DNA of 32,000 nt from Bdellovibrionota bacterium (lineage in GTDB: Bacteria > Bdellovibrionota > UBA1018 > CAUJDS01): contig CAUJDS010000062.1 in the NCBI GenBank assembly GCA_963169695.1, positions 75,022-107,021 of the forward strand, given 5' to 3'. The notes beneath the pieces were generated by a model that saw nothing but the letters and a program-made list of their open reading frames with translations, searched no databases and had not been told where the DNA came from. Both the position numbers and the translations under genes were made by a program. Positions within the stretch are counted from its first letter, which is position 1. Each line of letters begins with the position of its first letter. Positions 26,229 through 32,000 of this stretch are shown in pieces.

Positions 26229-28924
26229 GACTTACCCTCCTTGGTTTCTAGCGCCTCTTGCGCTAGTTTTTTCCAAAAGTCATCCTCCGGACTTTTTAGA
26301 ATTTCTTTTAAAGTACTGATAATTTCTGACTGTTTTTCGGATTTTCCAGTCTTTTCGAGCGCCCGGGCATACGAAAACAGCGTCCGATTGTCTTTCGTGC
26401 CTTCTTTTAAAATTTCTGAGTAGTAAGATGCAACCTCACCCCACTTAGCATTGGCCTCGGCCATTTCTATAAGAAGAGCATAGACGTCGCTTTTGCCAGT
26501 TAAGACGGGAAGGAGCGTGCTAGAAATGGAATCCGCTGGTTTAGGGTCTTCTTTTTTTATTTTTAGAAGCAAGTCTTGCAAAAGCTTCGTAGCGGTCTCA
26601 AAATCTTTTTGTTTTCGGTATAGCCTTGCAAGCCAAAACTTTAGCTTATTAGCATCCGCCACTGATGGCTTTCCAAGTAACTCTGCCTTCGTGCCGTGCT
26701 GAATGGCCGAACTAATAACGCCCGTCTCCTCCGCCAGCACGCCGAGAAGAAGTTCTTTTTCGTAGGAATGAGGAGATTCGGCATCTACTTTCTCTAGGTG
26801 CTCCACGATAGCTTTTTCTTCCTTTTCACCCGTACCCATCCACAAAGAGATTGCTTTAGTGAAGTGTTCCTCAGATTGACGGGCTCGGACGTCAGCGTCG
26901 CCTGGCTGACTCGAAGCTAACTCGCGTTTTCTCCAGTCGGCCGTCAGCTTTTCGTATTTTTCACTTAGATTTTGTGCAAATTCTCCTAACGAAAGTTTCG
27001 ATGCTGCTTGAGAGAGTCTTAGAAGAAAATCATAAAGAATGGCTGGAGATTTGTCAGAAAAAGCCCATTCGTATTTCTTATAGAAACTGACTGCCTCAAA
27101 GTCTTTTTCATGATCTAGCAGGGCCATGATATATCGCCGAAACACAAGATTGAAGGCCGCGGTCACAATCTCTCGATTGTTCTGACCGAGTTGACCACCG
27201 ATAAGACGCGCTCCCACTGAGATCGCCTCGGCGTCTTCACCAAGGGTCACGAATGTCCGAAATTCGCTCATTCCTTTCATGTCTTGATAGTCGCGCATGT
27301 CAATCTCGGACGATGCCTTCAGATTTGCGGCTTCGTCGTTGAAGAACTTTCGAGCTGAATCTAGGTTGAATCCGCCATGGTCTCCGCAGGGGGCCAATCG
27401 CAGGCGCGCTAGGGTTGCTCCCGAACTGAGTGGATTGTCATTGATGGCTTGATAGAGCCACTTCTGAAAGTCGGGCGTTACCCCGTTTTTTCTGCCTTCG
27501 ATTTCGCCTAGACGATAGCTTGCACGCCAGCTTGTAGGATGACTTCGATGACGAGAAAGGTAGTCCTTGAATTCCTTGTCAGAACGATCCCACTCTCCCA
27601 ACCAGTACAAAGCCTCGCCCCGATTGACGCCCACCTCGGCATATTTTTTTGCTTCAGTGGGAAAAGCCTGAACGGCTTTATAGTACTGCGCCAAAGCTTG
27701 GGCGTACTGATAGCGATCCAAAAAGAGATCACCCATCTTGAGCGCTGCTTCACCTTTGATTCGTGAATTGGGTCCCTTCTCGGCAACCCACTGGTAGGCT
27801 TCCATTGCACGTTCGGTTTGCTTCAACTCATAGGCCGACTCGGCGACGCCCATGTGGAAACTCCAAACAAGCCGATGCTCTGGATAATTCTTCACAAGCC
27901 AAAGAAAATGTTCCATGGCTTCTAAGGGGTTTTTTTGCACCATGCTTTGCCCGGCCAAATAGATTGCGCTGTGAAGTGCTACAGGTGAGCCAAAGGCCTC
28001 AACCATCAATTCCCTAAAAAGAGCTTTGGCTTTGTCGAAGTACCCGAGTTTAACTAAGGCATTGGCGTGGAGAAACTTCATCTGTCCGCGATGGGACGAC
28101 TTAGGGAAGTCCTTAGCAAAGAACTCGATGGTTCGGATGGCCAAGCCCTGCTGACCTCTCTCATAGAGCTCTAATGCCAAGCGAAGGTACTGAGACTCTT
28201 TGTCAGGCCCCGTGGGTTGCCAATAGGGGTAATCTGAGTCGGGATGCGTAAGTGGATAGATCTTCGAAAAGTCAACCGTGGCGTGAGCGGGGCGGAAGGG
28301 AAGAAAAACATCATACTCCGGGGAAAGTGGCCGCTTGCAAAATTGAGACGCATCAGCGAGTGCCGTATTCTCCTGAAGACTTGCCGTTCTACGCTGGATC
28401 CTGCTCTTGAGCCTTCGTTCCATCTCCTCGTAGGCGCGCTTGCGCTTGTCTGCGAGCTGCTTTTGGTGCACCTCTGCTACGGTTGGGCCTTTCTTCAACC
28501 AAAAATCTAAGACAAACTGCGAAGTCTCGGCAACACGATAGGAGAAAAACTCCATCTGCGGAACGGCGGGCGCATTGTTCCCTTTTGGGTATTTCCAACG
28601 CCCTACAACCCTAAGGCCTTCATCAGAGTCATAAAAGCGCAAAAGGCTTAAACGAGAATCCGAAAGATCTCGAAACTTCTCTACCCACTGGGACTCCAGG
28701 CCAAAAGGCGCCCCTAGATCCGACAAGGAGATGCCCTTAAAGGTTATTTCGAAACCCCCGGGAAGGTCTTTCCATTGATGGTCGATCCCGCTATTGACTC
28801 GGAGGCTCAAACGGCTGTGATCGTCAAAAGTTTGTAGGAAGACTGGAAGGGGCTCTTTGGATGCAGCAGTGAGCAAGAGCGTTGCTCCAATGCCAAATAC
28901 AAAAAATCTGAGCCTCCTGCTCAT
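26225..28924 (-). CDS. Exported TPR-repeat protein (899 aa) with an N-terminal beta-rich domain
   Basis: N-terminal hydrophobic signal (FFVFGIGATLLLTAAS); many TPR-like helical pairs (e.g. ALELYERGQQGLAIRTIEFFAKDFPKS, AYQWVAEKGPNSRIKGEAALKMGDLFLDRYQYAQALAQYYKAVQAFP). ATGA overlap with the activator gene. Confidence 0.85.
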   Translation of the reverse strand: MSRRLRFFVFGIGATLLLTAASKEPLPVFLQTFDDHSRLSLRVNSGIDHQWKDLPGGFEITFKGISLSDLGAPFGLESQWVEKFRDLSDSRLSLLRFYDSDEGLRVVGRWKYPKGNNAPAVPQMEFFSYRVAETSQFVLDFWLKKGPTVAEVHQKQLADKRKRAYEEMERRLKSRIQRRTASLQENTALADASQFCKRPLSPEYDVFLPFRPAHATVDFSKIYPLTHPDSDYPYWQPTGPDKESQYLRLALELYERGQQGLAIRTIEFFAKDFPKSSHRGQMKFLHANALVKLGYFDKAKALFRELMVEAFGSPVALHSAIYLAGQSMVQKNPLEAMEHFLWLVKNYPEHRLVWSFHMGVAESAYELKQTERAMEAYQWVAEKGPNSRIKGEAALKMGDLFLDRYQYAQALAQYYKAVQAFPTEAKKYAEVGVNRGEALYWLGEWDRSDKEFKDYLSRHRSHPTSWRASYRLGEIEGRKNGVTPDFQKWLYQAINDNPLSSGATLARLRLAPCGDHGGFNLDSARKFFNDEAANLKASSEIDMRDYQDMKGMSEFRTFVTLGEDAEAISVGARLIGGQLGQNNREIVTAAFNLVFRRYIMALLDHEKDFEAVSFYKKYEWAFSDKSPAILYDFLLRLSQAASKLSLGEFAQNLSEKYEKLTADWRKRELASSQPGDADVRARQSEEHFTKAISLWMGTGEKEEKAIVEHLEKVDAESPHSYEKELLLGVLAEETGVISSAIQHGTKAELLGKPSVADANKLKFWLARLYRKQKDFETATKLLQDLLLKIKKEDPKPADSISSTLLPVLTGKSDVYALLIEMAEANAKWGEVASYYSEILKEGTKDNRTLFSYARALEKTGKSEKQSEIISTLKEILKSPEDDFWKKLAQEALETKEGKS

Positions 28925-28976
28925 CTTTCTCCATCTCCAAAACAGGACCCAGGTGTCCCGACTTACCTAGAGGCAA

Positions 28977-28993
28977 AGCAAGCCCAGTGCCAA
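28977..28993 (-). promoter_or_regulatory. Sigma54 -24/-12 promoter for the TPR/activator unit
   Basis: Minus strand reads TTGGCACTGGGCTTGCT. It matches YTGGCACGNNNNTTGCW at all but one defined position, GG-to-GC spacing is exactly 10 nt, and it lies about 53-69 nt upstream of the ATG at 28924. Confidence 0.8.
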
Positions 28994-29095
28994 TTTTTTC
29001 CTGGTTCAAAAATTTCCTCCCTCCTTCATTAAATATTTGATGTTGTTCCTTCTTTTTTCTACTCTGGTTATCAATCAACCTGTAGATAGGAAAAG

Positions 29096-29737
29096 ATGAA
29101 TCACACTTTTTTGACCATCCGTCAGAGAATCTCCTTCTTTCGTTGGACCTTTGACTCTTTTGATAAATATTCACTAACGATTTTCATCTGTTTTCTAGCT
29201 GCGGTTTTGCTTTCTCAGGGCTGTAGCACGGTAGGCTATCTTGTTGGAAATGCTGATCCGGTTTCGCATAAAGCAAGGCTCTACCAAGTCAAACCAATGA
29301 CAGAAATGGGACCCCAGTGGAAAAAAATAGATCCAATCGAAACCAGCGACCGCAAAACTGAGGACGTCCCTCAGAACGAAATCTCGGATTTGGTGTATCA
29401 GAGTCAAAAGACTGCCTCCCTCGTGTCTCTCAACAGCTCTTGCCGAGGAGGAGCGCACTGGGAAGGCAAAACTTTGCAAGACCTTACCAATCTTCTTCTC
29501 ATTGGAATTCATGAATTGGGCGAACGCCAAGAGTCGACATTGCAGATCGACAAAGAGCCAGCCCTCAAGACCCAGTTGACGGGAGTGGTCGAAGGTCGAA
29601 AGAGGAAGATTGAAACCATAGTGATTCTCAGGGATCAGTGTGTCTACGACCTCATGTACTTTTCTTCCGAGAAAAATTTTGCCGTGGATCTGAATGATTT
29701 TGAGCAGTTTGTTGCTTCTCTCACCTTCGCTCGATAA
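29096..29737 (+). CDS. Putative lipoprotein of unknown function
   Basis: Hydrophobic stretch FICFLAAVLLSQGCS with a loose lipobox Cys, AGG-rich sequence upstream of the ATG, and immediate proximity to mlaE. Confidence 0.65.
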   Translation: MNHTFLTIRQRISFFRWTFDSFDKYSLTIFICFLAAVLLSQGCSTVGYLVGNADPVSHKARLYQVKPMTEMGPQWKKIDPIETSDRKTEDVPQNEISDLVYQSQKTASLVSLNSSCRGGAHWEGKTLQDLTNLLLIGIHELGERQESTLQIDKEPALKTQLTGVVEGRKRKIETIVILRDQCVYDLMYFSSEKNFAVDLNDFEQFVASLTFAR

Positions 29738-29749
29738 ACTAGTACAATC

Positions 29750-30580
29750 ATGATCCAATCTGAAGCAACTGCACCTCGTGAAGCCACTTTTCTTACTGTC
29801 CTGAGCCGACGCTTAGGTAAGCGGGTATTTGATGCTTTGCGATTTGCTGGCGGGTTTGGACTCCTTAGCATTCAAGTCTTTCGAGAACTATTCAAAGGTC
29901 CCTTTTATTTCTACCTTACCGTGGAGCAATTACTCTCGCTCGGAGTACGATCTGTGTTGCTGGTGGCGGTTACCGGACTTGCTACCGGTTCTGTTATGGC
30001 GCTTCAATTTGGTTATGGTTTGCAGAAATTTGGAGGAACCCTTTATGTGCCTAAGATTGTCGCACTTTCCATCCTTCGAGAAATGGGTCCAGTCTTTACA
30101 AGTTTGCTTTTAGCCGGAAGGATAGGGTCTGGAATTGCATCCGAAGTGGCTTCCATGAATGTGACTCAGCAAATCGATGCCATTCGAGCGCTCGGAACCA
30201 GCCCTATCAAGCGCATCGTGATACCGCGCTTGGTGGCAAGTCTTATCGCACTTCCGATTTTGACTCTTTTTGCGGACTTTATTGGGATCTTTGGTGCCAT
30301 GATGATTGCGAAGCACGAACTCAACATCAACACCGAGTTTTTTATCGCGAAAGCGCTTGAAGCCATTACTTTTCCGGACCTTTGGTCTGGAATGCTAAAG
30401 ACAATGGTATTTGCTTACTTCATATCAATCACGGCCTGCTGGAAAGGCTTTAATACAGATAAAGGAACCGTCGGAGTCGGTAACACCACAACTTGGGTAG
30501 TCGTTACTTCGAGTATTTTTATTATGATTAGTGACTTTTTTCTTACGAAGCTTTTTATTCTTGGAGTGTACAGAAACTAA
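29750..30580 (+). CDS. mlaE: MlaE/YrbE-family ABC transporter permease (lipid trafficking)
   Basis: VALSILREMGPVFTSLLLAGRIGSGIASEVASMNVTQQIDAIRALGTSPIKRIVIPRLVA. Confidence 0.93.
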   Translation: MIQSEATAPREATFLTVLSRRLGKRVFDALRFAGGFGLLSIQVFRELFKGPFYFYLTVEQLLSLGVRSVLLVAVTGLATGSVMALQFGYGLQKFGGTLYVPKIVALSILREMGPVFTSLLLAGRIGSGIASEVASMNVTQQIDAIRALGTSPIKRIVIPRLVASLIALPILTLFADFIGIFGAMMIAKHELNINTEFFIAKALEAITFPDLWSGMLKTMVFAYFISITACWKGFNTDKGTVGVGNTTTWVVVTSSIFIMISDFFLTKLFILGVYRN

Positions 30581-31354
30581 ATGGTCAATCGAGTGGTTCT
30601 GGATGTTCGTGAAGTTCGAAAAAGCTTTGGTGAAAAAGTTGTGCACAAAGGTGTCTCTTTTCAGGTACATGAACGAGAAATTCTCGCGCTATTTGGCGGA
30701 TCAGGGACTGGAAAGTCTGTCATCCTTCGTTCAATCATTGGACTAGAAAAACCTGATTCAGGTGAAATTCTTTTTGAAGGCCATGACCTTACTAAAATGA
30801 CGGAAGACGAACTCAAACAAGTTCGACTCAAGATTGGATATGTTTTTCAGAATGGGGCACTTTTTGACTCCCTGACAGTAGAAGAAAATCTGTCTTACCC
30901 GCTAGAAGCGCATACTAAACTCTCGCCTTCTGAAATTCTCACAAAGGTTAACGCCATGCTCGAACTCATCGACATGAAGGGTTCTAATGATTTGTTACCG
31001 GCCGAACTCTCAGGCGGGATGCAGAAGCGGGCTGGATTGGCGCGGGCCATCATAATGGAACCCAAGATTATCCTCTTTGACGAACCCACGGCAGGTCTGG
31101 ACCCCACCAATACGAAAAGATTGATTCAGAACATAAACCGGCTTAAAACTCTCGGCATCACCGGGATCTTCGTGACGCATGACATCCCTTCCGCATTTGA
31201 GATAGCGGATCGCGTTGCCATTCTGTCTGAAGGCCGGATTCCCATTATTGACACAGTGGAGAATATCCGAAAGAGTAATGACCCACTGGTTCAATCCTTT
31301 ATCAGTGAGGCAATGGCTCAGGAAAAAATGAGCAGGATCCGACACGCCAAGTGA
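30581..31354 (+). CDS. mlaF: MlaF-family ABC transporter ATP-binding protein
   Basis: ALFGGSGTGKSVILRSIIGLEKPDSG Walker A, LSGGMQKRAGLARAIIMEPKIILFDEPTAGLDP signature/Walker B. Starts directly after the mlaE stop. Confidence 0.95.
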   Translation: MVNRVVLDVREVRKSFGEKVVHKGVSFQVHEREILALFGGSGTGKSVILRSIIGLEKPDSGEILFEGHDLTKMTEDELKQVRLKIGYVFQNGALFDSLTVEENLSYPLEAHTKLSPSEILTKVNAMLELIDMKGSNDLLPAELSGGMQKRAGLARAIIMEPKIILFDEPTAGLDPTNTKRLIQNINRLKTLGITGIFVTHDIPSAFEIADRVAILSEGRIPIIDTVENIRKSNDPLVQSFISEAMAQEKMSRIRHAK

Positions 31355-31373
31355 ACCAACTAGGATTAAGAGA

Positions 31374-32000
31374 GTGAAAAAAGACCGCCTCGAAACTGAA
31401 GTAAAAGTGGGACTCTTCGTTGCCATAGGCATAGGGCTAACCATGCTCTCTATTGTTGTTGCAGGTGGATCCGCCATGTGGTTTCAAAGTCAATCTCGCT
31501 ATTACACCTACTTCAAAGACGCCATGGGGATGATCAATGGCGCTAAAGTCATCTTAGACGGTATCCACGTCGGTACGATCGATACGGTGGACTTCGATGC
31601 AGAACGGAAGCGAATCAAAGTTTCTGTCTTGATACAATCGCGCTATCAAAAGTGGATCCGAAATTCGACAGTCTCCGAGATCGCAACCCAAGGGGTATTG
31701 GGAGACAAATTTCTATCATTAAAAAATAATAGTGATAGCGACTCCACCCTATTGCCATCCAACTCTGAGATTCCTTCTGTTGAAGGCGGCGGACTGGGCG
31801 AAGTATTGTCAAGCGGCGGTCAAGTCATAGACAATCTGAAGGCCCTCAGTGCCAGCCTTTCAAGAATCACTCATTCTTTTGAGACCGGTCGGAGGAACGA
31901 TATCTTCTTTGAGAATCTCGCTTCGGCGATGAAGAACCTCAACTCCGTATCCAAAAAATTTGACGACCAAATGACCGACATTGAAATCAAAAGCGCCATC
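31374..32000 (+). CDS. mlaD: MlaD-family (MCE domain) substrate-binding protein, truncated by window end
   Basis: GTG start (V)KKDRLETEVKVGLFVAIGIGLTMLSIVVAGG..., then the MCE core GAKVILDGIHVGTIDTVDFDAERKRIKVSVLIQSRYQKWIRNSTVSEIATQGVLGDKFLSL. Missing from the ORF track. Confidence 0.9.
   Translation, partial: MKKDRLETEVKVGLFVAIGIGLTMLSIVVAGGSAMWFQSQSRYYTYFKDAMGMINGAKVILDGIHVGTIDTVDFDAERKRIKVSVLIQSRYQKWIRNSTVSEIATQGVLGDKFLSLKNNSDSDSTLLPSNSEIPSVEGGGLGEVLSSGGQVIDNLKALSASLSRITHSFETGRRNDIFFENLASAMKNLNSVSKKFDDQMTDIEIKSAI

Noticed and set aside
27508-27810. 100-aa minus-strand ORF inside the TPR gene
   Set aside because: Alternate frame fully inside a longer, well-supported CDS on the same strand. 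No domain-like features.
28824-29174. 116-aa minus-strand ORF spanning the TPR gene start, the sigma54 promoter and the lipoprotein gene start
   Set aside because: It is out of frame with both strong neighbouring ORFs, has a low-complexity composition with no recognisable motif, and covers a convincing promoter. Likely chance.
1-32000. CRISPR arrays, insertion sequences, tRNA/rRNA genes, toxin-antitoxin or defence modules
   Set aside because: No regularly spaced repeats, transposase or integrase motifs, recognisable RNA gene sequence, or defence-type domains were seen. The window is housekeeping and flagellar in content.

Overview
The window is almost entirely protein-coding. Its core is one long minus-strand flagellar/export locus of about 23 kb. 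In transcription order from about 25162 down to 2111 it reads flgB-flgC-fliE-fliF-fliG-fliH-fliI-fliJ-motE-like-fliK-[hairpin]-flgD-TIGR02530-like-flgE-[hairpin]-fliL-fliM-fliN-fliO-fliP-fliQ-fliR-flhB-flhA-flhF-flhG-like-fliA. Upstream of flgB, separated by a terminator-like hairpin, is a two-gene unit: a 899-aa TPR protein and a receiver-less sigma54 activator, preceded by a near-perfect sigma54 -24/-12 element. The left flank has mazG, coaE and a PilZ-like gene. The right flank has a putative lipoprotein gene and mlaE-mlaF-mlaD (the last one truncated by the window). No mobile elements, CRISPR arrays, tRNA or rRNA genes were recognised. The gene content suggests a Bdellovibrio-like or deltaproteobacterial-type genome (inference). 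I see no clear new defence or mobile system. The most interesting points are a FlhG-like protein whose ATPase signature is eroded while the FlhF-activating helix is kept, the sigma54-driven TPR/activator unit, an AMIN-like domain on FliO, hairpins inside the flagellar operon, and unusual N-terminal or linker extensions on FliA and FliL.
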